64,000 nt of DNA from an uncultured Candidatus Actinomarina sp. (GTDB lineage: Bacteria; Actinomycetota; Acidimicrobiia; Actinomarinales; Actinomarinaceae): positions 834-64,833 of the forward strand of contig CACLXG010000002.1 of NCBI GenBank assembly GCA_902610815.1, given 5' to 3'. Numbering within the stretch: the stretch's first letter is position 1; each line of letters opens with the position of its first letter. Positions 1 to 10,109 of the stretch are shown here, in pieces. A program made the translations under genes and the position numbers. The notes below the pieces were generated by a model. It was not told the origin of the DNA. It did not search any database and worked only from the letters and a program-made list of their open reading frames with translations.

Positions 1-1
1 T

Positions 2-631
2 GAACAGTTTTCGAATTTATACAGAAATCCAAAAGAAGGTTGGGAGAGTACAAGTTACGGTAACGACTGGGCGAGGGGAAGAGGGCTCCCAAGTTCGATG
101 GGTTGGTATATCGGACCAGAAGAACATCCATTTGGAGGAGAGTACTTGGATGTAGTCTTTTATGGTGACGAAAGAGACGCTAGCCTAGATCCAAAACAAG
201 AAATACTATCAACAGATCTTGGGTTTCAAACAGATAATTATATATTTAATCAACATGGACATGGCAATACAATACTTGATTTACCATTCTCTGATAACTC
301 AAAAGTCGACTTCATAGTTGTAACCAATGGGTCGCCTGTAAATTTTAAATTTATTTTTACAGAGAATAATGGAAACAAACGAGAGTCAAGCTTTATCAAT
401 AAACGAAAAGGTATGGGATATATGTATCAGTATTATGAAGGTTTTGGTTTTAATTCAAATACACAATTAGTTATTGAAGATCCAGAAAACTGGGGATGGT
501 CTATTGCATTTGTTGATGCTGGAACATCTGTTATTATTCCTGGTCAAACAAGAACAGTTCAGCCTAAGTGTCCTCCAGGTTGTCCACCTTCACCTAATCC
601 TTACAAATTAAACCAACCTAAAGATAAGTAA
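2..631 (+). CDS. hypothetical protein, 5' end cut by window edge; Pro/Cys-rich C-terminus
   Basis: Frame of the 98..631 ORF stays open back to nt 2 (32 upstream codons read by hand, no stop). C-terminus is KCPPGCPPSPNP. No family recognised. Confidence 0.45.
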   Translation, partial: EQFSNLYRNPKEGWESTSYGNDWARGRGLPSSMGWYIGPEEHPFGGEYLDVVFYGDERDASLDPKQEILSTDLGFQTDNYIFNQHGHGNTILDLPFSDNSKVDFIVVTNGSPVNFKFIFTENNGNKRESSFINKRKGMGYMYQYYEGFGFNSNTQLVIEDPENWGWSIAFVDAGTSVIIPGQTRTVQPKCPPGCPPSPNPYKLNQPKDK

Positions 632-645
632 CTTCTCAGCACTTG

Positions 646-1038
646 TTATGTGAAAAATGACCCTTCTGGATAATTTTTTAAGATAAATCTACTGATATAA
701 ACCAATACTATTTCAACTGCAAAAAAGAATAAAGTAACAGGATGAAATCCATCAAATATGAAGCTGGTAATTCTTGCAATCATGACAAACCCTACAGAGA
801 CATAAAGGACTCTAATCCAGAAGTTGTCTTTTGTTCTAAACCAAAGAATTGGGATACTACCTGCTAATAACCAAAAACCTCCCAAGTCAGCTTTTAATTG
901 ATTTAAAACATAACTTTCGCCGATTGTTATTTGCAAAAAATCAAAAAATGTTTCTCTGAAAAAAAGAAGCAAGATTGATAAGGGTATAAAAAATGCAGAA
1001 ACACCTATTAGTTGTAATTTAATAAATAATTTAACCAT
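646..1038 (-). CDS. small polytopic membrane protein
   Basis: 130 aa with about 4 hydrophobic segments; no motif recognised. Confidence 0.45.
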   Translation of the reverse strand: MVKLFIKLQLIGVSAFFIPLSILLLFFRETFFDFLQITIGESYVLNQLKADLGGFWLLAGSIPILWFRTKDNFWIRVLYVSVGFVMIARITSFIFDGFHPVTLFFFAVEIVLVYISRFILKNYPEGSFFT

Positions 1039-1076
1039 TTACTGCTCAAAATCCTCTCTATTAGTTCTATTACAAG

Positions 1077-1619
1077 TCACTTTTGAAGTGCTTCTGCTGC
1101 TTTAGCTCTACCTTCAATAATTTTATCTAAATCAAAATCAAGTCCATACTGTTCTGCAATATCGATGTATTGTTTTTCGATACCAGGACTAACAGATGCT
1201 TGAGCTGCCATTAATGCCGTACCTGTCTTTGGACCATTATTATTTTCATCCCCAAAACATTTAATGTTTTTATCTGCACCTGCAGAAAGCAGTATTTCAA
1301 TAATGTCGATCTGCCCCCATACAGTAGCAACACAAAGAGCAGTAAAACCCTGAATATTTTGAGAATCGAGATTGACGCTTTCTTGCTGAGATAAAATTTT
1401 AACTATCTCGTTTTGCCCATAAATAGTGGCAAAAATTAAAGGTGTATCACTGTTAAGCACACCTCTTTCATTGAGATTACTACCACCTTCAATGTGTAAG
1501 TTTACTTCATTAATATTACCCGTCTTTGCAGCTTCAAAAATATCAATACTTGCCTCCGGTCCACTTGAGCAGAATGAAATTAATACAAATAATGCAAAAA
1601 TTGAAATTATTTTTTTCAA
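1077..1619 (-). CDS. ankyrin-repeat lipoprotein
   Basis: Signal peptide with LISFC lipobox. Repeats such as TPLIFATIYGQNEIVKIL and TALCVATVWGQIDIIEILLSAGADKN fit the ankyrin consensus. Confidence 0.65.
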   Translation of the reverse strand: MKKIISIFALFVLISFCSSGPEASIDIFEAAKTGNINEVNLHIEGGSNLNERGVLNSDTPLIFATIYGQNEIVKILSQQESVNLDSQNIQGFTALCVATVWGQIDIIEILLSAGADKNIKCFGDENNNGPKTGTALMAAQASVSPGIEKQYIDIAEQYGLDFDLDKIIEGRAKAAEALQK

Positions 1620-1622
1620 TTT

Positions 1623-1973
1623 TTATAAACTAAATTGAACGTCTAATCCAAGAAACATAGATTCTGAGATGACATCTTTGCCAGCTTCATCAGAACTAAC
1701 CCCAGTTTTTTCTTCAAAAAGAGAGTTTATTTCTGACTCCATAGTTTTTGCAGCATCTGAACCAACAAATCCTTCTCTAGCTTCTTGTGATGGCCATTTG
1801 TTGACAATAATATAAGTCACTCCATCATCTGCCTCATCATAAGCCCAGTAATTCACAGCGCCAGATTCAGTAAAAGCTGATGTATCTGCTTCTGTCCATG
1901 AATCTTTCCACGCCTGCATAAATTCTTCATTGTGTTCAGGAAATTTCCTAACAACAATACTTATTGATTCCAT
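1623..1973 (-). CDS. small cytoplasmic protein, possibly ABM/dimeric alpha-beta barrel-like
   Basis: 116 aa; only size and vague pattern similarity. Confidence 0.3.
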   Translation of the reverse strand: MESISIVVRKFPEHNEEFMQAWKDSWTEADTSAFTESGAVNYWAYDEADDGVTYIIVNKWPSQEAREGFVGSDAAKTMESEINSLFEEKTGVSSDEAGKDVISESMFLGLDVQFSL

Positions 1974-2085
1974 AATTTACCTCCTATTCCTAGAATATCA
2001 AAACCTATAAAACCTTGCGTATTTAGTTGTTAAACATTTGTTAACGAAAATTTAACACTAAAAATTACTGATAAATTTCAAAACG

Positions 2086-2289
2086 ATGTATTTTTATATC
2101 ACTATGAAAGACAAAGTAAATAAATTTCTAGAGATAGAAGATAAGGTTTTTAGAGCTCCTTATAACTATTTGAAAGAAAAAGGCATAATAGATAAAGTTA
2201 TTGAGTTAAAAGCTAGATTTGTTGAAATTTATGACAAAGATGAACAGATTCCATATGGTGGAAATCAGATGTTCTTCGGTGATGATTAA
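2086..2289 (+). CDS. hypothetical protein
   Basis: 67-aa ORF in an otherwise empty gap; no motif recognised. Confidence 0.3.
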   Translation: MYFYITMKDKVNKFLEIEDKVFRAPYNYLKEKGIIDKVIELKARFVEIYDKDEQIPYGGNQMFFGDD

Positions 2290-3122
2290 ACTGTCTTTTT
2301 TATACAGTACGGACAGTATTCATTAATCTTAAAATCTGGAGATGACTTTTCTTCAGCTGAAAGCGGCTCTCTACATATATAGCAATAGATATATTCTGTT
2401 TCATTGAGCTCTGTGTCTAATGCCACTCTTTCATCAAAGACAAAACAGTCACCATTCCAGTACTTTCCTCCAGTTTCTTTAAAGTAATCTAGAACTCCAC
2501 CCTCAAGTTGTTTCACATCTTTAAAACCTGCTTTAAGCATTACGGCTGAAGCTTTCTCACATCGAATGCCACCAGTACAGTACATTACAATTTGTTTATC
2601 TTTATATCCTTCTGGAAGCTGTTCTATAGCTTTTGGAAAATCTCTAAAAGTATCTAGTTGAAGATCTACAGCGTTTTCAAATAATCCAACTCTTGTTTCA
2701 TATTCATTTCTTGTATCTAGAACTACAACATCTTCATTATTTTCATATATGCTGAGTAGTTCTTGAGGAGTCACATACTCACCAGTAAGCTCTCTTGGGT
2801 CAATGTCATCTCTACCTAGAGATATAATCTCTTTTTTCAAACGTACTTTCATTCTTCTAAAAGGCTGAGTCTCGCTGTAGGTTACTTTTAGTGGGATGTT
2901 TAAAAATCTATTGTCTTCTTCAAGAAAAGTAATAATTGCGTCTGTAGCTTGCTGAGTTCCAGCAAGTGAAAAGTTTATACCATTTTTGCTAATTAGCATT
3001 GTACCTTTTAACCCAAGCTGTTCACACTTTTTTTGATAAACAGAAATTAAATCAACAGCATTTTTTATATGCTCAAATTTATAACCAGCAATATTTGTTA
3101 CAGAGTTTTTATTCACCGGCAT
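2286..3122 (-). CDS. trhO: rhodanese-domain protein, UPF0176/TrhO family (tRNA U34 hydroxylase)
   Basis: Active-site loop YCTGGIRCEKAS and C-terminal Cys cluster CYIC...CPYC, typical of YceA/TrhO. Confidence 0.75.
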   Translation of the reverse strand: MPVNKNSVTNIAGYKFEHIKNAVDLISVYQKKCEQLGLKGTMLISKNGINFSLAGTQQATDAIITFLEEDNRFLNIPLKVTYSETQPFRRMKVRLKKEIISLGRDDIDPRELTGEYVTPQELLSIYENNEDVVVLDTRNEYETRVGLFENAVDLQLDTFRDFPKAIEQLPEGYKDKQIVMYCTGGIRCEKASAVMLKAGFKDVKQLEGGVLDYFKETGGKYWNGDCFVFDERVALDTELNETEYIYCYICREPLSAEEKSSPDFKINEYCPYCIKKTV

Positions 3123-3139
3123 AGTTTATATCTTAATTG

Positions 3140-4129
3140 TCACTTAATGAGACCTCTTTTTTGAAAAAAAGAAACCATATCATATATAGTTTCTTCTAAA
3201 GGCCTAGAGCTATGGCCTAGTTCCTCACGCGCAAGGGTACTTGGAACAACTTTATTACCAGTCTTTCCTGTATGAAGTGTGTCAATAGTTAATACCCTAG
3301 GCTTTCCTGTAATGAGAGATTTTATATACTCATAAGGCAACCCTAAGTAGGATACAAAGTTAGGAATAGTAGTCAGCAAAACAGTTCTACCAAGTTGTTG
3401 CTTCATTAATTCAGCAATATATGAATATAAATGATATTCACCACCGACTATATAATTTTGACCTGTCCTACCAAGCTTGACCGCAGATATCGCAGTTATA
3501 CATAAATCTCTTACATCAACAAAATTGTACCCCCAATTTGGAAGCAATTTTCTTTTTCCATTAGCAAGATTTACCATTTCTTGCATTGGAAGGCCAGGCT
3601 TGAAATCATTGGGGCCAACTATAGATGTTGGGTGAATAATGCTTGCATCTAAATCTTTTTCGCAAAATTCTAGTACTATTTTTTGACCATCTGCTTTTGA
3701 TAAATCATACGGAACAGCATTTGGATCATCAATAAGACCTCTACTCTCAAGAAGGGGTTCTTCTATTGGAAATCTATAAAAAGCATCTACTGATGAAAAG
3801 TGGATTAATTTTTTAACTCCTGCTTTTACTGCTGCTTCGCATACGTTTCTAGTGCCTTCAACATTAACTTGACGTATTTGTTTTTCATATCTTCTATCAA
3901 GGTTTATTAATGCTGCAGTATGGAATACTATATCTACATTTTTAAATACAGAATGCAAAGATTCTTTATTTGTAATATCGCCTTTAATCACTTCTACGTC
4001 AAAACCTTCGTACGCTCTATAGTCACCATCAAAATCAATACATCTGATTTTATAGTCTTCTTTACTTAGCTCTCTTATAAGGTTAGAACCAACATGTCCT
4101 GAACTACCAGTTATTAATGCAATAGACAA
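3140..4129 (-). CDS. NAD-dependent epimerase/dehydratase (extended SDR, 3-beta-HSD-like)
   Basis: N-terminal ITGSSGHVGSNL Rossmann motif and YDLSK catalytic YxxxK. Confidence 0.75.
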   Translation of the reverse strand: MSIALITGSSGHVGSNLIRELSKEDYKIRCIDFDGDYRAYEGFDVEVIKGDITNKESLHSVFKNVDIVFHTAALINLDRRYEKQIRQVNVEGTRNVCEAAVKAGVKKLIHFSSVDAFYRFPIEEPLLESRGLIDDPNAVPYDLSKADGQKIVLEFCEKDLDASIIHPTSIVGPNDFKPGLPMQEMVNLANGKRKLLPNWGYNFVDVRDLCITAISAVKLGRTGQNYIVGGEYHLYSYIAELMKQQLGRTVLLTTIPNFVSYLGLPYEYIKSLITGKPRVLTIDTLHTGKTGNKVVPSTLAREELGHSSRPLEETIYDMVSFFQKRGLIK

Positions 4130-4140
4130 TAGTCTTCCTC

Positions 4141-5100
4141 TTAAAGATTTTTTGGAAGATGTTTTGCTAAAAAACTTCCTATTTGCTGAAAGGCTTCAAT
4201 TGTTTCAGGCATCTTTACATCAATATGAAAAACATGATACATCCCTTGCCACTCATAATACTCATGTTCACAATTGTCCCTCTCCAATAAGGTTTTTAAA
4301 GATTGAGAGTCTGACAATAAAAGCTCCTCTGTCCCTACTTGTATCATGATTGGTGGACAGTCTTGATAGTTTCCACTTAGAGGAAACATATAGGGATCTT
4401 CTTTGTTAACATCTTCTTCATCAATGTAATAGTTATAAAGTTGATCATTGCTTTTCCATATCCTTTTCATTATTGGCCCAATGAGAATATCTCTATCTGC
4501 CATATCCTCTGTGTAAGATTCTCCTGAACCAGAGGGGTCAGCCCAAGGTGAGAGTAAAGCAAGGGAAGATGGAAGACTAGCTCCAAGATCTTTTAATTTA
4601 AGCATAGTAATTAAAGCTAAGTTGCCTCCTGCAGAATCTCCACCAATTGCTATCTGCTCTGGTGAGTATCCAAAATCATTTATTAAAGATTCATATGTTT
4701 TTACCCCATCTTCCAGTTGAGCTGGATATTTATTCTCTGGTCCCAATCTATAATCTGGAACAAAAACTGTAGTGTTAGTAATTTCGGCTAAGTAACTAAC
4801 CAAAGAATAGTGTGATTTAGGACTGCCCATTGCATAACCACCGCCGTGATAATATAAAAATATTCTCTTTGGGTCTGAATTAGGAGTTGTAATTTTTAAA
4901 GTTTTAATTCCTCCAAGAAAAACTTCTTCTTTGATCGTTCCATTAATTTTTGGGCCGATTATCCCTTGTAAGTTTATAAACCATCTAAAAAAAGCAATTC
5001 TCCAAGCACTGATCTCACTAGGAGCCCTATAAAAAGAACTTATAAAAGCAGCATATCCTTTATATCTTTTTATACTTTTTTGTGCTTCTTCGCTAATCAA
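4141..5100 (-). CDS. alpha/beta hydrolase, hormone-sensitive-lipase-type esterase
   Basis: YYHGGGY oxyanion motif, GDSAGG nucleophile elbow, C-terminal HVF His. Confidence 0.8.
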   Translation of the reverse strand: MISEEAQKSIKRYKGYAAFISSFYRAPSEISAWRIAFFRWFINLQGIIGPKINGTIKEEVFLGGIKTLKITTPNSDPKRIFLYYHGGGYAMGSPKSHYSLVSYLAEITNTTVFVPDYRLGPENKYPAQLEDGVKTYESLINDFGYSPEQIAIGGDSAGGNLALITMLKLKDLGASLPSSLALLSPWADPSGSGESYTEDMADRDILIGPIMKRIWKSNDQLYNYYIDEEDVNKEDPYMFPLSGNYQDCPPIMIQVGTEELLLSDSQSLKTLLERDNCEHEYYEWQGMYHVFHIDVKMPETIEAFQQIGSFLAKHLPKNL

Positions 5101-5156
5101 TTTTTAAAAATCCTTTCTTTAAGCTTAATTTTTTGTAAGAACATATTCAAAATATA

Positions 5157-6122
5157 TTAACTAGATATTCTCTCAGTTATAAAAGAGATAACTTTTTGGG
5201 AGTCAACGCCTATACAAATATTTACTTTTCTTCTATTTTCCCAAGGTTTTAAACGCTCCCCAAGACCTTCTTCATTATCTGAAATTCCCATTCCCATCCA
5301 AGTTTTTCCCCTGCTAATACCCTTAGTTTCTACTTTTATTGGATAACTCAGGGTTTCGAAATATTCTGGATGAACTAAATATGTTATGGCTGATGAGTCA
5401 TGAACGGGCATTCCATTATCTTGAAAAAAATCTTTCAAAAAATCGAAATAGAAAGGATTAATTTTGCCTATATGTTTAGATTTATCATTATCAAACGAAC
5501 CTAATGTAACAACCTGTTCCTCATTCATAAAAACATTATTTGTTACATCGAGACCAACCATAGTTATTTCACACTGAGCAGAAAACACAATATCAGCTGC
5601 TTCAGGGTCATTAAGTATATTTGCCTCTGCTGTTGGAGTTGCATTGCCTGGAGATTGAGCATTGCCACCCATTAAAACTATCTCTTTTATCTTTGAGTCT
5701 ATACCCTCGTGAATAGTCAGTAGATTTGCAATATTAGTCAATGGCCCAACAGGAACAAGAGTTATTTCATTCGGATTAGTTTCAATAATTTCTTTTAAAA
5801 AAGTAACAGCATCAACATCTAAGGGTTTTGTTACAGGTGAAGACAAAGCAGCATTACCTTGACCATTATCTCCATGAACAAAGGAAGCCGCACCTCTAAA
5901 ATCTCCATTCAAAGGAACATTCGCTCCCTCAATTACCGGTACATCTATCCTTTCTGCAATTTCTAAGAGCCGAAGAGCATTCTCAGTGCAAGTTGTAGTT
6001 ACTGCATTACCAAAAATTGTTGTTAAGCCAAGCACCTCTAACTCAGGTGAGTTAAGTGCGACAAAAATAGCCAACGAGTCATCTACTCCCGGATCTGTAT
6101 CAATTACAATTTTTTTGACCAA
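5157..6122 (-). CDS. inosine-uridine-preferring nucleoside hydrolase family protein (paralog 1)
   Basis: N-terminal IDTDPGVDDSLAI aspartate cluster, then GPLTNIA and LNDPEAADIVF. Confidence 0.85.
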   Translation of the reverse strand: MVKKIVIDTDPGVDDSLAIFVALNSPELEVLGLTTIFGNAVTTTCTENALRLLEIAERIDVPVIEGANVPLNGDFRGAASFVHGDNGQGNAALSSPVTKPLDVDAVTFLKEIIETNPNEITLVPVGPLTNIANLLTIHEGIDSKIKEIVLMGGNAQSPGNATPTAEANILNDPEAADIVFSAQCEITMVGLDVTNNVFMNEEQVVTLGSFDNDKSKHIGKINPFYFDFLKDFFQDNGMPVHDSSAITYLVHPEYFETLSYPIKVETKGISRGKTWMGMGISDNEEGLGERLKPWENRRKVNICIGVDSQKVISFITERISS

Positions 6123-6175
6123 TTTTTTCCTTTTATTCGACCATCTTAAATGGATGATTTAAACTTTGTTTATAT

Positions 6176-7168
6176 ATGTCACAAAAAAAATTTATTATAG
6201 ATGCAGATACAGGATCTGACGATGCAGTAGCTATATTAATGGCATTAAGAGACCCAACAGTGGAGGTTTTAGGAATAACACTTGTGTCAGGAAATGTTCC
6301 GCTCCAACAAGGAATTTTAAATACTTTATACACTGCAGAATTATGTGAGGTACCAGTTAATGTTTATGCTGGAGCTGACAAACCCTTAACAAGGAATTAC
6401 ATAGAAGAATATACACTTAAAGATTTCTCAGCACGTGTACGAACACTATCAGGAGATTCAGTCAGCGGACAGTGCGTTCACGGTGTTGATGGAATGGGAG
6501 ATATTGGGATTAAGCCAGAGAATGAAAAATATGAAGAACAAGGTGCAGTAGATTATTTAATTAAGTCTTTTTCGGAATCTCCAAACGAAATAACTTTAGT
6601 TACCCTCGGGCCACTTACAAATATAGCAAACGCAATTAATGAAGACCCAACTATTGTAAATAAAATTGAGCATTGTTACATAATGGGAGGCACTTCCGAT
6701 GGAACAGGAAATGTTTCTGCGGCTGCGGAATATAACATATGGGTTGATCCTGAGGCAGCAAAAATAGTCTTTGATTCTGGACTAGACATCACTATGGTTG
6801 GTTGGGATAATTCATTCAAATATGCAATGTTGAAAGAAAAAGAAATTAAAGATCTTAAATCCTTAAATACAAAATATGCTGATTTCTGTGTAGACATTCA
6901 AAAAACCTTAACAGAACTTACTCATGAAACTTATGGATTTTATGGTTTTGATTTACCTGATCCCATCACAATGGCTATTGCATTAGATAATTCCATTATT
7001 TTAGAGTCACAACAACTCCATGTACTTGTTGACACTAGAGATGGAATAACAAGAGGTCAAACTATTGTAGATTATTTTAATGCTGAGAAGGGCAAACAAA
7101 ACGTGAGGGTTGTTACAAAATCAAATAATAAAGGTTTTTTAAACTTGTTGACTTCTTTAGTAAAGTAA
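6176..7168 (+). CDS. IU-nucleoside hydrolase family protein (paralog 2)
   Basis: IDADTGSDDAVAI, LGPLTNIANAI, AAEYNIWVDPEAAKIVF. Close paralog of 28440..29408. Confidence 0.85.
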   Translation: MSQKKFIIDADTGSDDAVAILMALRDPTVEVLGITLVSGNVPLQQGILNTLYTAELCEVPVNVYAGADKPLTRNYIEEYTLKDFSARVRTLSGDSVSGQCVHGVDGMGDIGIKPENEKYEEQGAVDYLIKSFSESPNEITLVTLGPLTNIANAINEDPTIVNKIEHCYIMGGTSDGTGNVSAAAEYNIWVDPEAAKIVFDSGLDITMVGWDNSFKYAMLKEKEIKDLKSLNTKYADFCVDIQKTLTELTHETYGFYGFDLPDPITMAIALDNSIILESQQLHVLVDTRDGITRGQTIVDYFNAEKGKQNVRVVTKSNNKGFLNLLTSLVK

Positions 7169-7839
7169 TGATTGTACAAATTTATACACTCCAATCTGTG
7201 GAGGAAGCTTTAGAAGTAGAATCTGTAGGTGTTCATAATATTGGATTAGCACCAGCCTCAATAGGACTTCCAGGTGAAATATCATATGAAACAGCTAAGT
7301 CTATTTGTGATGAGGTTCAAAATTCAAAAACAGTAGCACTTTCAGTCTCGAACAATATTGAAGAAATCATAGAGATGGTCATGTTTGTAAAACCTGATAT
7401 TCTTCACTTATGCGGTGAGCCTGGTGAGCTGAATGCCTCAAGAGTAAAAATACTAAGAGATCGCTTAAAAAGCGCTGATAAGGAAATTCCTATTATGCAA
7501 GCTATTTCAGTGGAAGATATGAGTGCTGTGGAATTTGCAAAAGAATATGAGGATGTCTCAGATTACTTTATTCTCGATACCTCTACTTCTCTGGTGAAGG
7601 GGGTTGGCGCTAGTGGTAAAGTTCATGACTGGAATGTTTCAAAAGCAATTGTTGATTCTGTAAAAATTCCAGTTGTTTTGGCAGGAGGTCTATCTCCAGA
7701 AAACGTAAGAGATGCAATAGAAAAAGTTAAGCCTTGGGGCGTTGACTCGTTGACTCATACTAATAAAACTTTAGACGATGGAAATTTTGTTAAAGACATA
7801 ACAAAAGTAAGAGAATTTTTCATAAATGCAACAAGATAA
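7168..7839 (+). CDS. phosphoribosylanthranilate isomerase (TrpF/PRAI)-like TIM-barrel protein, non-canonical active site
   Basis: Aligns by eye to PRAI along its length (ILHLCGE, FILDT, GASGKVHDWN, VLAGGLSPENVRDAI, GVDS). The KICG general-base Cys is QIYT here. Confidence 0.65.
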   Translation: MIVQIYTLQSVEEALEVESVGVHNIGLAPASIGLPGEISYETAKSICDEVQNSKTVALSVSNNIEEIIEMVMFVKPDILHLCGEPGELNASRVKILRDRLKSADKEIPIMQAISVEDMSAVEFAKEYEDVSDYFILDTSTSLVKGVGASGKVHDWNVSKAIVDSVKIPVVLAGGLSPENVRDAIEKVKPWGVDSLTHTNKTLDDGNFVKDITKVREFFINATR

Positions 7840-8776
7840 TATAAGGAAAAAAGTTAATATATTAGGCGATGCCAATGTAGACATGATTATTAATTTATCT
7901 GACAAACAAAACCTTGGAGAACCGTCTTTATTTTCAGGGGGATCATCCGCTAATGTAGCATCCGGATTATCTAAGCTGGGTGTCGAAGTTTCCTTTTTTG
8001 GATCATTAGGTAAAGACATGTACGGAAAATATGTCGTTGATGAGATGAAAGCAGATGGTATTGATGTAAGTAATCTAGAGTTATTAGATAACTACAGTAC
8101 AGCAATGGTTATTGGTGTTGTTGAAGAAAACAGTGAAAGGCATCTTTTTCTTTGGCCACCCAAAGAAGGCGCACACAATCAATACACTTTTGGTGATAAA
8201 TCTAAAGAAGATTTACTTAATTGTGATTGGCTGCATGTATCAGGAATTAGTCTACGTTTTAGCCCTGTAAAAGAGACAATGCTTGAAGCAATGAGATTAT
8301 GTAAAGAAAATAACAAAACAGTTTCCTTTGATCTTAATTTAAGGTCCGAACTCTGGGGATTAAGTGAGAGCTTTAAAGAAACTGTTTTAGAAGCAGTGTC
8401 TCTCTCAACTATTGTATTTGGAAATTTGCATGAAGAGTTTTTGTTATTATTTGATGAAAATGAGGACAATCTTGATAAAAATATTTCAAACAAGCAAATG
8501 TTTATTTGTAGAAATGGAGATAAGGGAGCATTAGGAATTACAAAAAATGATAAAGTTACATCAAATGCTATTCCAATTTCTCCCGTAGATTCAGTTGGCG
8601 CAGGAGATGCTTTTAATTCCGGATTTATATATGCATCATGTAAGGAAAAAGATATGAAAGAGTCTTTAGATACAGGAAATCAAGTAGCTGCATTCAAACT
8701 TTTAGGTTCAGGTGCAAGACACCTTCCAACAAAAGAATTACTTCAAGAGTTTAATGAAAATAACTTAAACGCTTAA
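7826..8776 (+). CDS. PfkB-family carbohydrate/nucleoside kinase
   Basis: GGSSANVASGLSKLG and C-terminal GAGDAFNSGF motifs. Confidence 0.75.
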   Translation: MQQDNIRKKVNILGDANVDMIINLSDKQNLGEPSLFSGGSSANVASGLSKLGVEVSFFGSLGKDMYGKYVVDEMKADGIDVSNLELLDNYSTAMVIGVVEENSERHLFLWPPKEGAHNQYTFGDKSKEDLLNCDWLHVSGISLRFSPVKETMLEAMRLCKENNKTVSFDLNLRSELWGLSESFKETVLEAVSLSTIVFGNLHEEFLLLFDENEDNLDKNISNKQMFICRNGDKGALGITKNDKVTSNAIPISPVDSVGAGDAFNSGFIYASCKEKDMKESLDTGNQVAAFKLLGSGARHLPTKELLQEFNENNLNA

Positions 8777-8819
8777 AAATGCTTTTAAATATTTCATACC
8801 GATATTATTAAATATTTAC

Positions 8820-10097
8820 ATGAGTAAAAAAGTCTATCTTCTCTGGTTTGGCCAAACAGTTTCTTGGACAGGCTCTTCTATGTCTTTCTTCGCAATAGGT
8901 GTATGGATATTCGAAACAACAGGAAAAGCAAGTGCTTTGTCTACAATCTTGTTCACCGTAGCAATAGTGGGTGTAGTTACAGGACCTTTTGGAGGGGTGC
9001 TTGCTGACAGGTTTCCAAGAAAAACATTAATAATAACTTTTGATTTAATTATTGCTGTACTCATGTGTGTTATTGGATATCTTGCACTGAATGAAGCTTT
9101 GACGCTGACCTCACTTATTCCGTTTGCTTTAGCTTTTGGAATTTTTGAAATAGCACACTGGACAACATGGAGTGCTTTTTTAGGCGATGTTGTAAAGAAA
9201 AATGAGGTAACAAAAGTTTCAGCTTTGTTTGAAAGTGCAGAAGCAATCTCTGTTCTTATTGGTCCAATAGGAGGAGCCTTCATTTATTCATTTTTTGGTT
9301 TAACAGGAGTAATTCTTGTTGATGTAATTACTTGTTTATTTGGAATAGCAACAATTACATTATTTAAAAGTAAAAAAATTGAGCCCAAAAGTAACCTGAG
9401 TGTAAAAAATATTTACTTTGATTTAATTGAAGCATACAACTGGTTAAAGAAACAAAAAGGGTTACTTTCATTAGTACTTATTTTGTCAGTATGTAATTTT
9501 CTGTGGGGCTTCACACAAGTACTTATTCCTCCAATGATTTTAAGCTTTGCCGATGCAACTGGTCTAGGAATTGTTGAGTCGAGCGTTGGCCTGGCTTTTC
9601 TTTTTGGCTCAGTTATTTCTCTTCGTTTTGCTGACTGGCTCCAAGGAAATTTAAAAGTAGCTATATATTGTGGAATTTTAGGTGGGCTGGCCTTAATTAT
9701 TGGATCAGTAAGACCAAGTATTTTTCTTCTATGTATAAATGGTGTTATTGCTGGAATTAGCGGAACTGTTCAATATACTGTTTCTTCTGGGGCTTGGTTA
9801 GCTATTACAACTGAAGATATTAGAGGCAGAGCTTTGGCATTAAGGGGAACGATTGCTCAAATGCTACGGCCACTAGGGGTTGTTATTGCAGGACCTTTAG
9901 GAGACTATTTAGAGTTTACGTTTTACCCAAAAAATGTTGATATGTTATATCCACTTGTAGGAACTGGACCTGGAAGGGGGTATGCATTTCTATATTTCCT
10001 TGTAGGGATATTTTATGTAGTCATCTGGGTTTTAAATTTTAATAATAAAAATCTTAAATTCCTTTCAAAGCAGGTAATTGAAATAACAAACAACTAG
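8820..10097 (+). CDS. MFS transporter
   Basis: About 12 TM segments, with a GGVLADRFPRK loop between TM2 and TM3. Confidence 0.7.
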   Translation: MSKKVYLLWFGQTVSWTGSSMSFFAIGVWIFETTGKASALSTILFTVAIVGVVTGPFGGVLADRFPRKTLIITFDLIIAVLMCVIGYLALNEALTLTSLIPFALAFGIFEIAHWTTWSAFLGDVVKKNEVTKVSALFESAEAISVLIGPIGGAFIYSFFGLTGVILVDVITCLFGIATITLFKSKKIEPKSNLSVKNIYFDLIEAYNWLKKQKGLLSLVLILSVCNFLWGFTQVLIPPMILSFADATGLGIVESSVGLAFLFGSVISLRFADWLQGNLKVAIYCGILGGLALIIGSVRPSIFLLCINGVIAGISGTVQYTVSSGAWLAITTEDIRGRALALRGTIAQMLRPLGVVIAGPLGDYLEFTFYPKNVDMLYPLVGTGPGRGYAFLYFLVGIFYVVIWVLNFNNKNLKFLSKQVIEITNN

Positions 10098-10109
10098 TAA
10101 ATTAAACAT

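Noticed and set aside
6133-6333. A 66-aa ORF antisense to the N-terminus of nucleoside hydrolase 2. It has a similar-looking counterpart at 28406..28597 (IPCWSGTFPDTSVIPKTSTVGS versus LPCSTGIFPDTILTPNTSTSGVS).
   Set aside because: The similarity is a mirror image of the conserved DxDxxxDD/VSGN region of the two paralogous hydrolases on the other strand. Both are shadow ORFs, not a conserved small gene.
8834-9283. Antisense or alternative-frame ORFs within other confident genes, for example 8834..9283, 8179..8493, 36049..36546, 36543..36809, 38674..39099, 31389..31725, 32990..33220 and 19191..19686.
   Set aside because: Each is fully nested in a gene with clear family motifs on the other strand or frame, and none has a recognisable domain.
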